Positions 41,279 through 51,538 are shown, counted from the first letter of the stretch. The stretch is DNA of 64,000 bases from Alphaproteobacteria bacterium (GCA_030614785.1 JAUWTJ010000004.1:1609-65608); one strand, 5' to 3'. The notes: a model not told the origin generated them from the letters alone. Made by a program: numbers and translations.

Positions 41279-41698
41279 TCAGACGACCGAGGCAAGCCGG
41301 ACGATTACATCGACACTCTCAATACGTGTTCCGTCAGGCGCTTCGGGCGTCGGACCCATATCGATTTTACCGCCTGGAAGATCGCACAAAACTCCCTCTT
41401 TTTCAAAGAAGAAATGGTGATGATCAGACAGGTTGGTGTCAAAATAAGTGCGCGTCGGGTCAACAACCACCTGCTTCAACAGGCGTGCATCCGTGAACTG
41501 GTGCAGCGTGTTGTAAACCGTCGCAAGAGAAATCGAGAGGCCTTCCTCCTGAATTTCTCCATGCAGGGTTTCTGCGGTGATATGACGATCACCCTTGCCG
41601 AATAACAGGCGACAAAGGGCAAGTCGCTGGCGCGTTGGTCTCAGGCCTGCGCGCCGAAGCACGGAAAGCCAGTCATCGTTTTTTTGCATGATGTTCAT
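41279..41698 (-). CDS. irr: Fur-family iron response regulator Irr
   Basis: Fur-fold DNA-binding N-terminus and the Irr-typical HHH motif (DHHHFFF); divergent from fabA as in Rhizobiales/Brucella. Confidence 0.8.
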   Translation of the reverse strand: MNIMQKNDDWLSVLRRAGLRPTRQRLALCRLLFGKGDRHITAETLHGEIQEEGLSISLATVYNTLHQFTDARLLKQVVVDPTRTYFDTNLSDHHHFFFEKEGVLCDLPGGKIDMGPTPEAPDGTRIESVDVIVRLASVV

Positions 41699-42035
41699 TT
41701 GTTACAATCCCATATCAAAACAATGAAAGACTAATACCACGCGTTCGTGTCGTTAACCAGCTACGAAGGTCTTTTCGGGGCGTGACATAAGGGCACAGTC
41801 GGGGAAAAATCTCCCGGTAATCCGCCGCTAATCAGACTGCGAAGCGGTTGCAGGCGGAAGCGCCGGAAATCCGCGGGCGGGTGCCAGAGTGCATTGCAGC
41901 GTTTGATGTCTTGTGGCCATTCGCGAAATTATGATACTTGAAAACAAGCAGACTCGCCCCCTTCGCAATGCGCCTGAAAGCCTCCTGGCGATGCGAGTAT
42001 ACAATAACACCAACAGGCCAGGACCCGTATCCCTC

Positions 42036-42566
42036 ATGTCTGACGAGATGACCCACCAAAGACAATCCAGCTACACTTACGACGAGCTTATTACCTGCGC
42101 CAACGGCGACATGTATGGCCCTGGCAATGCGCAGCTTCCGCTGCCGCCGATGCTGATGCTTGATCGGATAACATCCGTTACTGAAGATGGCGGCGAACAT
42201 GGCAAGGGCCAGATTATCGCCGAGTTCGATATCAAGCCGGACCTGTGGTTTTTTGACTGCCACTTCAAGGGCAATCCCATCATGCCCGGCTGCCTCGGCC
42301 TTGACGGGATCTGGCAGACCCTCGGCTTTTTTCTTGGCTGGATGGGCGGCAAGGGCCAGGGCGGCGCGATTGGCGTCGGCGAAGTGAAGTTCTCCGGCAT
42401 GGTGCTACCCACCAACAAACTCCTGACCTACAAAATCGACATGAAGCGGGTTATCATGCGCCGCCTGGTTCTGGGCGTCGCCGATGGCGAAGTTATTGCC
42501 GACGGCGAAACGGTCTATACAATGAAAGACATCAAGGTCGGGCTTTTTGCATCGCCTGAAAAGTAA
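42036..42566 (+). CDS. fabA: 3-hydroxydecanoyl-ACP dehydratase/isomerase
   Basis: [13 protein letters not shown] ... [16 protein letters not shown] active-site region (His and Asp) typical of FabA; ATG at 42036. Confidence 0.9.
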   Translation: MSDEMTHQRQSSYTYDELITCANGDMYGPGNAQLPLPPMLMLDRITSVTEDGGEHGKGQIIAEFDIKPDLWFFDCHFKGNPIMPGCLGLDGIWQTLGFFLGWMGGKGQGGAIGVGEVKFSGMVLPTNKLLTYKIDMKRVIMRRLVLGVADGEVIADGETVYTMKDIKVGLFASPEK

Positions 42567-42672
42567 TGCCAGAGTAGCCAAATGATGTCATAAAGCGCTC
42601 CGGTATCGAAGAAGGGCCCTATGGACCAGAGCACAGGCGGCTTCGCGCGTCAGATTTTTAAGGAGAGTACCA

Positions 42673-43905
42673 ATGTCCATGACAGGACGGCGAGTTGTTG
42701 TAACCGGGATGGGCATTGTATCGTCCATCGGGAACAATACCGAGGAAGTGCTTGCGTCCCTGAGGGAGGCAAAATCCGGCATCACGCGCTCACAGGCACA
42801 GGTTGACCACGGCTTTCGCAGCCAGGTGCACGGCGCCCCGACGCTGGATGTAGAAGAAGCACTTGATCGCAAGACACGCCGGTTTATGGGCGGCGGCGCG
42901 GCATGGAACTATATCGCCATGCAGCAGGCGGTCGCAGACTCCGGGCTTGAAGAAAGCGATATCTCCCATGAGCGCACCGGTCTTATCATGGGATCGGGCG
43001 GGCCTTCCACCAGAGCCATTGTTCAGGCTGCGGACATTACGCGCGAAAAAGGCAGCCCGAAACGCATCGGGCCTTTTGTCGTGCCCCAGGCGATGTGCTC
43101 GACAAACTCGGCAACCCTTTCGACGCCGTTTCATATCAAGGGCGTGAGCTATTCCATTTCGTCGGCCTGCGCGACCTCGACCCATTGCATCGGCAACGCA
43201 GCGGAGCTCATTCAATGGGGCAAGCAGGACATCGTCTTTGCCGGCGGCGGCGAGGAGCTCGACTGGACATTGTCGTCTCTCTTTGATGCCATGGGCGCCA
43301 TGTCATCGAAATATAACGACACGCCGGCGACGGCCAGCCGCGCCTATGACAAGAACCGCGACGGCTTTGTGATCTCCGCAGGAGCCGGGGTTCTGGTGCT
43401 TGAGGAACTGGAGCATGCCCGCGCCCGCGGCGCGAAAATCTATTGCGAGATTGGCGGTTACGGCGCGACCTCGGATGGCCACAACATGGTGGCACCTTCT
43501 GGCGAGGGCGCCGTGCGCTGCATGAGGCAAGCGCTGGCGACCCTTGACGTGCCGGTTGATTATGTGAACCCGCATGCCACAGCGACCCCGGTCGGCGATA
43601 TCAAGGAAATCGAGGCTTTGCGCGAGGTTTTCGGGAACAATTGCCCGCCGATCAGCGCCACCAAGTCCCTCACCGGTCACTCGCAGGGCGCGGCGGGCGT
43701 GCATGAGGCGATCTACTCGATCCTCATGCTGAACAATAATTTCATAGCCAAATCAGCGCATATTGAGGAGCTTGACCCGGAAATGGCCGACATGCCAATC
43801 CTTCAGGAGCGCAAGGACAATGCGAACCTCAATTGTGTGCTGTCCAACAGTTTCGGCTTTGGCGGCACCAATGGATCGCTTGCCATGCTGCGCTATAACG
43901 GCTGA
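42673..43905 (+). CDS. fabB: 3-oxoacyl-ACP synthase I
   Basis: [16 protein letters not shown] start, active-site SSACATS Cys, His-His catalytic residues. Confidence 0.9.
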   Translation: MSMTGRRVVVTGMGIVSSIGNNTEEVLASLREAKSGITRSQAQVDHGFRSQVHGAPTLDVEEALDRKTRRFMGGGAAWNYIAMQQAVADSGLEESDISHERTGLIMGSGGPSTRAIVQAADITREKGSPKRIGPFVVPQAMCSTNSATLSTPFHIKGVSYSISSACATSTHCIGNAAELIQWGKQDIVFAGGGEELDWTLSSLFDAMGAMSSKYNDTPATASRAYDKNRDGFVISAGAGVLVLEELEHARARGAKIYCEIGGYGATSDGHNMVAPSGEGAVRCMRQALATLDVPVDYVNPHATATPVGDIKEIEALREVFGNNCPPISATKSLTGHSQGAAGVHEAIYSILMLNNNFIAKSAHIEELDPEMADMPILQERKDNANLNCVLSNSFGFGGTNGSLAMLRYNG

Positions 43906-43956
43906 CCCTGGCTGATCGATTTAATTTGGATAGTGACGAAAGATACAGGCGGACCT

Positions 43957-44781
43957 ATGAGCGGTGATGATCAGACTACAGAAGACTTTCCAACCGGCAC
44001 CTTGATGAAGGGCAAACGCGGCCTCATTATGGGGGTTGCCAATGACCATTCCATCGCCTGGGGGATTGCAAAATCCGTTGCGGCGCAAGGGGCAGAGCTT
44101 GCCTTTACCTATCAGGGCGAGGCCTTTGGCAAACGCGTAACGCCGCTTGCAGCCAGCGTCGGCTCCGACATTGTGCTGTCGTGTGACGTCGAGGACGACG
44201 CCAGCCTTGATGAAGTTTTCAGTACGCTGGAAAAGAAATGGGGCAAGCTGGATTTTATTGTCCACGCCATCGCCTATTCGGACAAGTCGGAACTGACCGG
44301 TCGCTATGCTGATACGACGCGGGAGAATTTCCTGCGTACCATGAATATCTCCTGCTTCTCGTTTGTTGATGTGGCCAAGCGCGCATCGGCTCTGATGAAC
44401 GACGGTGGCTCGATGATCACACTGACCTATCTGGGGGCGGAACGCGTGGTGCCCAACTACAATGTGATGGGGGTTGCCAAGGCGGCGCTTGAAGCCTCCG
44501 TGCGGTATCTTTCGCGTGACATGGGGCCGCGCGGCATCCGCGTCAATGCGATCTCGGCCGGACCGATGCGCACGCTGGCAGGCTCGGCGATCGGCTCAGC
44601 GCGCGCCATGTATAACTGGAACAAGACCCACGCGCCGATGAAGCAGGTCACTGACCTGCACCATGTCGGCGGCTCGGCGCTTTATCTTTTGTCCGATCTG
44701 GCGGGCAGCGTGACCGGCGAAGTGCATCATGTGGATGCCGGGTACCACGTGACCGCACTGCCGGATATGGATGATTTGTAG
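43957..44781 (+). CDS. fabI: enoyl-ACP reductase (NADH)
   Basis: GKRGLIMGVANDHSIAWGIAK ... YxxxxxxK FabI core; start ambiguous (43933/43957/44005). Confidence 0.85.
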   Translation: MSGDDQTTEDFPTGTLMKGKRGLIMGVANDHSIAWGIAKSVAAQGAELAFTYQGEAFGKRVTPLAASVGSDIVLSCDVEDDASLDEVFSTLEKKWGKLDFIVHAIAYSDKSELTGRYADTTRENFLRTMNISCFSFVDVAKRASALMNDGGSMITLTYLGAERVVPNYNVMGVAKAALEASVRYLSRDMGPRGIRVNAISAGPMRTLAGSAIGSARAMYNWNKTHAPMKQVTDLHHVGGSALYLLSDLAGSVTGEVHHVDAGYHVTALPDMDDL

Positions 44782-44863
44782 GTCCTGCATAACCTGATTG
44801 TGATCGGTGTTGTCTTCCATTTGGGTGTACTCCGGAGACGCACTTCGATGAGGACCCTCGCCC

Positions 44864-45490
44864 ATGCTTGACCGCTACGCCCGCAAATTGATTGACCCGC
44901 CGCTCAACGTTCTGGGCCCGATGGTGGCGCGCAGCGGCGTCTCGGCCAATGCGCTGACGTTGTGGGGTCTGGGGATCGGTGTCGGCGTGGCAGTCGCGGT
45001 GGCCTTGAGCGCCTTTTACCTTGCGTTGTTCCTGCTGCTGGCCAACCGCTTTCTTGACGGGCTCGACGGCGCCGTGGCGCGCGCAACAACATCTGCAACG
45101 AGGGCGGGCCCGACCGAGTTCGGCGGCTATCTCGATATTGTCTCGGACTTCTTTTTCTGGGCGTTGTTGCCGCTCGGCTTTGCGGTGGCTGATCCGGCCA
45201 ATGCGCTGCCCGCAGCGGTGCTACTGGCAAGCTTCGTTGCGACCGGCACGACGTTTCTGGCCTATGCCATCCTCGCCGAAAAAGGAGGCTACAAGACCAC
45301 GGTGCGCGGCGAGAAATCGTTTTTTCATCTTGGCGGACTGACCGAAGGGACGGAAACCATTGCATTCTTTGTCATCGTCATGGCGTGGCCGTCGCTCTTT
45401 CCCGCTCTCGCCCTTATCTTTGCCGCATTGGCGGCGATCACGGCGATCACGCGCGTGTGGGAGGCGTGGCGTGTCTACGGGCGATCTTAA
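44864..45490 (+). CDS. CDP-alcohol phosphatidyltransferase-family protein
   Basis: DGLDGAVAR...G...D CDP-OH-P motif (DG..AR...G...G...D) in a multi-TM protein. Confidence 0.7.
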   Translation: MLDRYARKLIDPPLNVLGPMVARSGVSANALTLWGLGIGVGVAVAVALSAFYLALFLLLANRFLDGLDGAVARATTSATRAGPTEFGGYLDIVSDFFFWALLPLGFAVADPANALPAAVLLASFVATGTTFLAYAILAEKGGYKTTVRGEKSFFHLGGLTEGTETIAFFVIVMAWPSLFPALALIFAALAAITAITRVWEAWRVYGRS

Positions 45491-45572
45491 ATTCTTGTTC
45501 CTTTTCGCGCCGGAAATCCTGCCGCCCGACCGTTAAACAACCGGTTCTGTTCTTCCTGCGGAGTTTTCCCTG

Positions 45573-46292
45573 ATGTCGCTGCGCTTCGGTTCTTCTTTCC
45601 CTCTGCCGATTCTCTCCATCGCCGCAGCTCTCCTGGTCACGGCCTGTGCCGGCGATCGCGGCGAGCGCAACAGGCATCACGCGGGTCAGGCAGGAGGAGC
45701 AGACCTCTATTCCCACGCCATGAAGCTCAAACGCTCCGGAAATTGCGAGGCCGCAGAGCGGCCTCTCGCGCGCCTGGCCGCCCAGGGCGGCGGCTTTGAA
45801 ATCGCCCAGTATCACCTTGGCGACTGCATGGCCCATCGCAGCGCGGACATGGCCGGCCCGGAGCGCGAACTCCTTATGACGCAGGGCCTTCACTGGCTTG
45901 AGCTGGCGGCGGGTTCCGGCGAACCGAAAGCCCAGGCACGGCTGGTCGAGTTTTATATCGGGGATCACATGGGCGCTCCTGCTCCGGTGCAATCCGCCAC
46001 CTGGTATCTGATTTTTCAGGACAATCCGAAACGCACGTTCATCGAAATTGTCGAGGTTGATCCCGGACCCAAAGATGCTCTGTTTCGTCTGGCTACAGAG
46101 GAAGATTGGAAAAAGGCTCAGGCAAACGCCAACGCCTGGTCGAAGGTCATCCAGGAGGTCAAGGTTCCGGATGCAGGATTTCCCCCGGATCAAACGAAGA
46201 AGAAACCCCGAGGCAAAGGTGATGGTAAAGGCCGCGGCAAAGGCGGCGGGCATGGCGGCGGCGGCATGGGTTCGGGCCTCAATCATCGCTGA
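45573..46292 (+). CDS. lipoprotein with Sel1-like repeats and Gly/Lys-rich C-terminal tail
   Basis: lipobox LVTAC; Sel1-like helical repeats; C-terminal KGDGKGRGKGGGHGGGG low-complexity tail. Confidence 0.5.
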   Translation: MSLRFGSSFPLPILSIAAALLVTACAGDRGERNRHHAGQAGGADLYSHAMKLKRSGNCEAAERPLARLAAQGGGFEIAQYHLGDCMAHRSADMAGPERELLMTQGLHWLELAAGSGEPKAQARLVEFYIGDHMGAPAPVQSATWYLIFQDNPKRTFIEIVEVDPGPKDALFRLATEEDWKKAQANANAWSKVIQEVKVPDAGFPPDQTKKKPRGKGDGKGRGKGGGHGGGGMGSGLNHR

Positions 46293-46332
46293 ATTCCCGG
46301 CATGCCAGTTATAACAAGCCGCACGCGGTTCA

Positions 46333-46460
46333 CAAAAAAGGGGCCCTCGATTGAGAGCCCCTTTGATGTTCTATCTGGTGAAAAAGCCGGGCTGGCCTTT
46401 CCTTCCCTCGCCGGTTTCCTGATCAACAACATTCATGTTCAGGCGGCGTATGTCGCCTTC
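46333..46460 (-). repeat. copy A: displaced, diverged copy of the pnp 3' end (last ~20 codons) plus degenerate terminator hairpin
   Basis: GGGGCCCTCgattGAGAGCCCC hairpin (one stem mismatch vs the genuine 53121-53142); then a sequence translating on the minus strand to MNVVDQETGEG... vs genuine pnp C-terminus [19 protein letters not shown]. Confidence 0.7.
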
Positions 46461-46470
46461 GCGCGCTGGA

Positions 46471-47223
46471 TCAGTGGGGCCGGGTCTGTGTGGAATGTCG
46501 TCGCCGACGTGCTACCCCTAACCCGGCAAAACCAATAACAAGGATGCCGAGCGGGCCCGGCTCGGGGACGCTGTCACTACCGGAACCACTGCCGCCGCCC
46601 GATTCAAGGCTGGTGTAGACATAGGAGACGTCGATGGCCCCTCTAATATTCGAGCGACCGGATATCAGGCCGGGGAGGCCCGATCCCGACACAAGGGATG
46701 TCAAAGTTCCAAAATGACTAATATTGAAGGTGCCAGGGCTACCGATCGCCGGAAAGACCTGGGTTACTGACCCCCCAGGCACGACCAGAGGCGAAAGGAC
46801 GGCTGTGCACGAAACCGTACCCGTACAAGAACCTGTTCGAGATGGAAGGCTGTATGCAATGAGAGGAAAGCCACCAAAGGAGAAGTAAAGAGTGGAAGGG
46901 CTCAGAACGAGTTGCTGGTTAAAGCCGGGAAAGGGGAAGAGACCCAATGCAAAGGATTTTGCCTTAAGTGAAAGGTCAAAGGTAATCTCAATCGTGACAC
47001 TGTCCAGCGTGCCCAATCCTTTGTTAAATTTTTCGAATGTCGGAGGCAGAGAGGTCAGAAGGAAGGAGTTGGTCAAGGGGGCGACCCCTGGACCGGCATA
47101 GGCGATTGTCCCCGTAAATTCGGAGGTTTGAGTTATAACACCCGCCTTTGCCGGGCTCGCCAGCAAGGCAGCAATCCCCATGAGAATAGCGACAAAAAGC
47201 CCGGATCGAGTTTTCACTGACAT
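46471..47223 (-). CDS. PEP-CTERM sorting-domain secreted protein
   Basis: signal peptide; C-terminal VPEPGPLGILVIGFAGLGVARRRR (PEP motif, TM helix, Arg cluster). Confidence 0.6.
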   Translation of the reverse strand: MSVKTRSGLFVAILMGIAALLASPAKAGVITQTSEFTGTIAYAGPGVAPLTNSFLLTSLPPTFEKFNKGLGTLDSVTIEITFDLSLKAKSFALGLFPFPGFNQQLVLSPSTLYFSFGGFPLIAYSLPSRTGSCTGTVSCTAVLSPLVVPGGSVTQVFPAIGSPGTFNISHFGTLTSLVSGSGLPGLISGRSNIRGAIDVSYVYTSLESGGGSGSGSDSVPEPGPLGILVIGFAGLGVARRRRHSTQTRPH

Positions 47224-47320
47224 TTAATTTTCCCCTGAAACGACACCCACTCGCTGGTCAAGGTTAACGACACATTAACGGTTCCACAACAGGTTGTTTC
47301 GCCCATGGTTAACACCAGGA

Positions 47321-47400
47321 TGAAAAAGCCTAGTCGGCCTTTTTTTCCTTTGCGATTTCCTCGCCGGTTTCCTGGTCGACGACTCTCATGCACAGGCAGG
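47321..47400 (-). repeat. copy B: second displaced copy of the pnp 3' end (no hairpin)
   Basis: gaaaaagcctagtcggc...ttgcgatttcctcgccggtttcctggtcgacgactctcat, nearly identical to genuine 53161-53227; translates to MRVVDQETGEEIAKEKKAD*. Confidence 0.7.
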
Positions 47401-47566
47401 CAAGATGCTTTGACCATCTGCGTTCATGTCGCCCTGAAATGTCTCTTGTTGCATCGAGATCGGGCATGAAAGAGGTTTGCATCTGTTGACAGCTCCTAAC
47501 TCACTGGAGGCACACACGCCCCTACACATGTGTCCGGCAATGCCTTCAGACCCTCCTTAATCAGTC

Positions 47567-48475
47567 TCACTGGTAAGTGCGCTCGGCTCTGAAATCCTTG
47601 GGCGGAAGGCCCATGTGATCTTTGAACGCCCTGGAAAAATGACTGCGGCTTGCATAGCCCACGGTGCTGGCGATTTCATCAATTGACATTGTTTCGACTT
47701 CCAACATTTGCGCAGCATGTTGCATTCGGATGTGATTGACAAAACTCATTGGCGACCTGCCAAAAGATTTCATAAAGACTGAGGAAAACGCAGACCGGCT
47801 CATTGCGGCAATTTCGGCCATCGAGTCGACGCTATAGTCCCCTCCAGGCCTGTCGAGAACCACATCGACAACTCTGCCAAGTCGGTCATCCTGGAGCGCC
47901 GAGAGCCAGGGTACGGCTGCTTCGCCTTCACTTGGTAATCGCCTGAAGAAATGAACAAGACATTGTGTCATGAGAGCCGCTGTCATCGCATCATGACCTG
48001 CTATTGCTTGAGACTGCTCCTCCATTATGCCTTGAAAGGAGGTTAGAGCCTGCGGAACATTGGACAGATCAACCGCAAGAACCTCTGTGAGGTGACTAAA
48101 CAGATCCATGGATGAGCCATAGCGCACATCTATGATTCCACATCCGATTACAAGTTCCGCATTGTCCGTGGACCCGGCAACGATTTCGCAGACCTTGTCA
48201 CCGGCGGGCGGTGAATCAATCCTCAGTTCATCCGTCGCCATTCCTTTGGTCTCAATAACATGTTTGGCCCCAACAGGAACGACAGACAGGTGCATCGGGT
48301 GAATCGGATGTGCATCTCCCTTTGGACCATAGAGCACGCCTTCTCCCTCCAACACAAAATGCAACAACAGGCCTGAAGGACCAGGTAGATGAAGCCGCCA
48401 GCCTTGACTGAGCGAACATATCGCAAATGGCATGACGTGAACTGACAGGTTTGACAACAATTTGTCGAGCAACAT
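47567..48475 (-). CDS. AraC-family transcriptional regulator (cupin-like N-terminal domain)
   Basis: C-terminal double HTH (IAAMSRSAFSSVFMKSFG...IASTVGYASRSHFSRAFK). Confidence 0.8.
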   Translation of the reverse strand: MLLDKLLSNLSVHVMPFAICSLSQGWRLHLPGPSGLLLHFVLEGEGVLYGPKGDAHPIHPMHLSVVPVGAKHVIETKGMATDELRIDSPPAGDKVCEIVAGSTDNAELVIGCGIIDVRYGSSMDLFSHLTEVLAVDLSNVPQALTSFQGIMEEQSQAIAGHDAMTAALMTQCLVHFFRRLPSEGEAAVPWLSALQDDRLGRVVDVVLDRPGGDYSVDSMAEIAAMSRSAFSSVFMKSFGRSPMSFVNHIRMQHAAQMLEVETMSIDEIASTVGYASRSHFSRAFKDHMGLPPKDFRAERTYQ

Positions 48476-48664
48476 GAAAAATCCTCCCCTGATTTTGAAC
48501 TCGTAGAGAGCCTATCGACCGCAATTGGACAGAGCAACCGGATAGGACGATCCAGCACACATCCAAACCCAATTGGCACGGGCCGTGGCTCTAGGCTGCA
48601 TGCAGTTGGCCGATTGGCGGTCACGCTAGAACTTGAGCAATCCAACTCACAAAGGATACTGACT

Positions 48665-49441
48665 ATGAAAACCTCAATTTTCCTCAATACCAAGCCCCTG
48701 GTGGCTGGTCTGGCACTTGTCGCAGCCCTTACCTCTACTCAACCCTCCACGGCTGACGGCCTCCCCGATCCAGGAGTCCAGATTGAACCCGGTCGCACAG
48801 CTCTTCTGGTGACCGATCCACAGAATGACTTTCTCAGCCCGGACGGAGTGACCTGGGGTGTTGTCGGAGAAAGCGTAACAGAGAACGACACCGTCAAGCA
48901 CATCGATCAACTGTTTTCAGCCGCCCAATCCGCAGGCATGCCCATTTTCGTATCACCACACTACTATTATAGCCATGACCATCAATGGCAATTTGAAGGC
49001 GCTCTTGAGGTCCTGATGCACAACATCGGAATGTTCGACCGCCAGGGGCCGCTGAGCACCAAGGGCTTCAAAGGATCCGGCGCTGACTGGCTGAAGCAAT
49101 ACAAGCCCTATATTGACGATGAGAAGACCGTTGTAACCAGCCCACACAAGGTCTTTGGTCCAGAAACCAACGATCTTGTCTTGCAGCTGCGCAAGGCTGG
49201 TATTTCAAGGGTAATTCTTGCCGGTATGTCTGCCAATCTGTGTACGGAAGCACATTTGCGCGAACTGATCGAACAAGGCTTTGAGGTTCTGGTTGTCGCC
49301 GACGCCACCGCGGCGGCGAAATTGCCCGGGCTCGACGGGTATGAAGCTGCCCTGACAAATTTCCGGATGATTGCAAATCATGTTGGCAAGACCGACAAAG
49401 TCATTGCCGACATCAAGACGGCCTACGGCTCATCCAATTGA
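48665..49441 (+). CDS. secreted isochorismatase-family cysteine hydrolase
   Basis: signal peptide MKTSIFLNTKPLVAGLALVAALTS; LLVTDPQNDF and AGMSANLCTE nucleophile motifs of isochorismatase-like hydrolases. Confidence 0.7.
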   Translation: MKTSIFLNTKPLVAGLALVAALTSTQPSTADGLPDPGVQIEPGRTALLVTDPQNDFLSPDGVTWGVVGESVTENDTVKHIDQLFSAAQSAGMPIFVSPHYYYSHDHQWQFEGALEVLMHNIGMFDRQGPLSTKGFKGSGADWLKQYKPYIDDEKTVVTSPHKVFGPETNDLVLQLRKAGISRVILAGMSANLCTEAHLRELIEQGFEVLVVADATAAAKLPGLDGYEAALTNFRMIANHVGKTDKVIADIKTAYGSSN

Positions 49442-49508
49442 TCATCCAGGTCAAAGGCTGACACCCAAATTCAATACTGAACAGACATACACATTCAAAC
49501 ACAAAACA

Positions 49509-50387
49509 ATGGAGACCAAAATGACCAACAAGGTATTACTTGACCCCAAGGATCTCGCATCCCGGCTCAATGACGGCAACGTTATTCTGCTTGATACCCG
49601 TGATCCCGAAAGCTTTGCGGCCGGCCATATTCCCGGAGCCATCAATGCCCACGAAATTTTCACTTATCTGGCAACATCAACCCCGGAAGGCCAAAGGGAA
49701 CTACAGGAAAAGTTCGCCACTATTTTCGGTGAGGCCGGACTTTCCGGAAATGAAACTGCCGTGGTCTATGAGCAATCCATGAACACTGGCTTTGGCCAGT
49801 CCTGTCGCGGCTTTTACTTGCTCAAATATCTCGGTTACCCGAAGGTGTGTGTTCTGCATGGCGGATACCAGGCCTGGACTGCAGCCGACCTGCCGACGTC
49901 CACAGAAGCGACAACGCCGGAACCGAAAGCCTTTCCTGTCGACCAGGACGCGGCAAGACTTATTGTCGATGCGCAAACCATGCTGGAGGCAATCAATAAT
50001 CCTGAAATCATCAAACTGGATGTTCGCGATGTGGATGAATGGATCGGCGCGAGTTCCTCACCATACGGTGTCGACTTCTGCCCGCGAAAGGGTCGCATAC
50101 CCGATGCCCGCTGGCTCGAATGGTACCGTATGATGAAGCCAGGCCCGGATGGTCCTGTCTTCAAGAGCAAGGACGAAATTCTGGCAGAATGCCAAACCGT
50201 CGGCATTACACCAGACACGCCAGTCATTCTTTATTGCTTTAAGGGTGCACGAACGTCCAGCACCTTTGTTGCCCTCAAGGAAGCAGGCGTAAAGGATGTT
50301 CGAACCTACTTTGGCTCGTGGAACGAATGGTCCCGCGACGCATCCCTGCCGATCGAAGAGGGCATGCCAGCCAGTATGGCACAGTAG
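49509..50387 (+). CDS. tandem-rhodanese sulfurtransferase (thiosulfate/3-mercaptopyruvate type)
   Basis: two rhodanese domains, second with active-site CFKGARTSS; ATG 49509. Confidence 0.8.
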   Translation: METKMTNKVLLDPKDLASRLNDGNVILLDTRDPESFAAGHIPGAINAHEIFTYLATSTPEGQRELQEKFATIFGEAGLSGNETAVVYEQSMNTGFGQSCRGFYLLKYLGYPKVCVLHGGYQAWTAADLPTSTEATTPEPKAFPVDQDAARLIVDAQTMLEAINNPEIIKLDVRDVDEWIGASSSPYGVDFCPRKGRIPDARWLEWYRMMKPGPDGPVFKSKDEILAECQTVGITPDTPVILYCFKGARTSSTFVALKEAGVKDVRTYFGSWNEWSRDASLPIEEGMPASMAQ

Positions 50388-50411
50388 GCAACACAGCCTT
50401 ACAGACAACAG

Positions 50412-50442
50412 TGCCACGTTGATGAAATTCATCAGCGTGGCA
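50412..50442 (+). terminator. 31-bp near-perfect palindrome (TGCCACGTTGATGAA-A-TTCATCAGCGTGGCA) 25 nt after the rhodanese stop; putative terminator or protein-binding site
   Basis: 15-bp inverted repeat with a single mismatch; no U-tract follows. Confidence 0.4.
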
Positions 50443-50956
50443 TTCTCCCTGGACAACAAGGAACATAGTTATTTGGCGACCCTTCGTGGATACCTGTAGA
50501 ACCATGTGACAGGCACCGGAGCCAGATCTCAAGCGCTTGCTTGAGGGCATTCGAGACATGCGCCTGATTGCCTGACACAGAGTGTTGCGTATGAGGGTTT
50601 TCGTGCAAGCGCACACGGTGCATTTGGCGCTTCACAGAGGCCGATTTATTGGAAGTTGGGACACGAAACCTGCCCAAATGGCAACGCCTGACCGCACGAC
50701 CGCTTATGGCTCAATAGCGGCCCTCCATTTCAAGGCATCGTAATGTCTGCTTTTGACCCACAGCGGACATTCCTATGACACTTTTCGCTTGCTTTCGGAT
50801 CCCTGCTACCATAGTTATTTGGTTGGTTGACCAACTTAATCTGTAAAAGAGAGATATGTCCGTGATAATGCTGAGTGAGGCCAACGGACTGCAATCAAAA
50901 AAGATACGCTGTTGAGTCCACAATATGTTTCTTGAGTTTAGCTGCAAAGGTCAAAC

Positions 50957-51538
50957 ATGGCGCCAAGTCAGGGAAGACATTCTGAACTCGTTGACGTCGC
51001 ACTGATACTTTTTCGGCGGCGAGGCTACAGTCGCGTTTCGCTTAGTGACATTGCAGAGGCTGCAGACATGCACCAGGGTAATGTCTACTACTATTTCAAA
51101 ACCAAAAAGGAATTGGCGAGTGCAGTTTTGGAGCATTGTGACGAGACGCTTGGTGAAATGTTCAGTTCACTCGACGTAGAAGAGCCATGCCAGCGGTTAG
51201 TCCTTTTTCTGGATTACATTGCAGATCAAACGGAAGTCTATTCGCAATGGGGTTGCCCTGTAGCAAGCCTAAGTGAGGATATGATGCTCGAATGTAAGGG
51301 CGATACCCTAGTTAGCTTTCCCAAGGTTTACGAGACCTATTTGGGTTGGTTTAAGCGGAACTTGAAAGAGCTTGGGTTGACTAATGACCGCGCCGAGAAG
51401 GAAAGTCAGCTTTTACTTTCTGGTCTGCAGGGAGCCATTCATGTCGCGCATATATTGGACGACGCATCCATTCTTAAGCGCTTCGCCGCCTTACAAAAGA
51501 AGCAAATCAAGCGTATCAGCGCTGACAGGACGGGATAG
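50957..51538 (+). CDS. TetR-family transcriptional regulator
   Basis: N-terminal HTH VSLSDIAEAADMHQGNVYYYFKTKKEL. Confidence 0.8.
   Translation: MAPSQGRHSELVDVALILFRRRGYSRVSLSDIAEAADMHQGNVYYYFKTKKELASAVLEHCDETLGEMFSSLDVEEPCQRLVLFLDYIADQTEVYSQWGCPVASLSEDMMLECKGDTLVSFPKVYETYLGWFKRNLKELGLTNDRAEKESQLLLSGLQGAIHVAHILDDASILKRFAALQKKQIKRISADRTG

Noticed and set aside
41092-42035. Canonical Irr/ICE box (TTTAGAA-N3-TTCTAAA) in the irr-fabA and rubrerythrin upstream regions.
   Set aside because: Not found by eye. Only an ATTCCA-N18-TGGAAT dyad is present. I leave this as a motif scan to be done.
46302-46538. Small ORFs (46302-46538 and others) inside the pnp-end repeat copies.
   Set aside because: They are translation remnants of the duplicated pnp terminus, not independent genes. 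I report them as repeats, not CDS.
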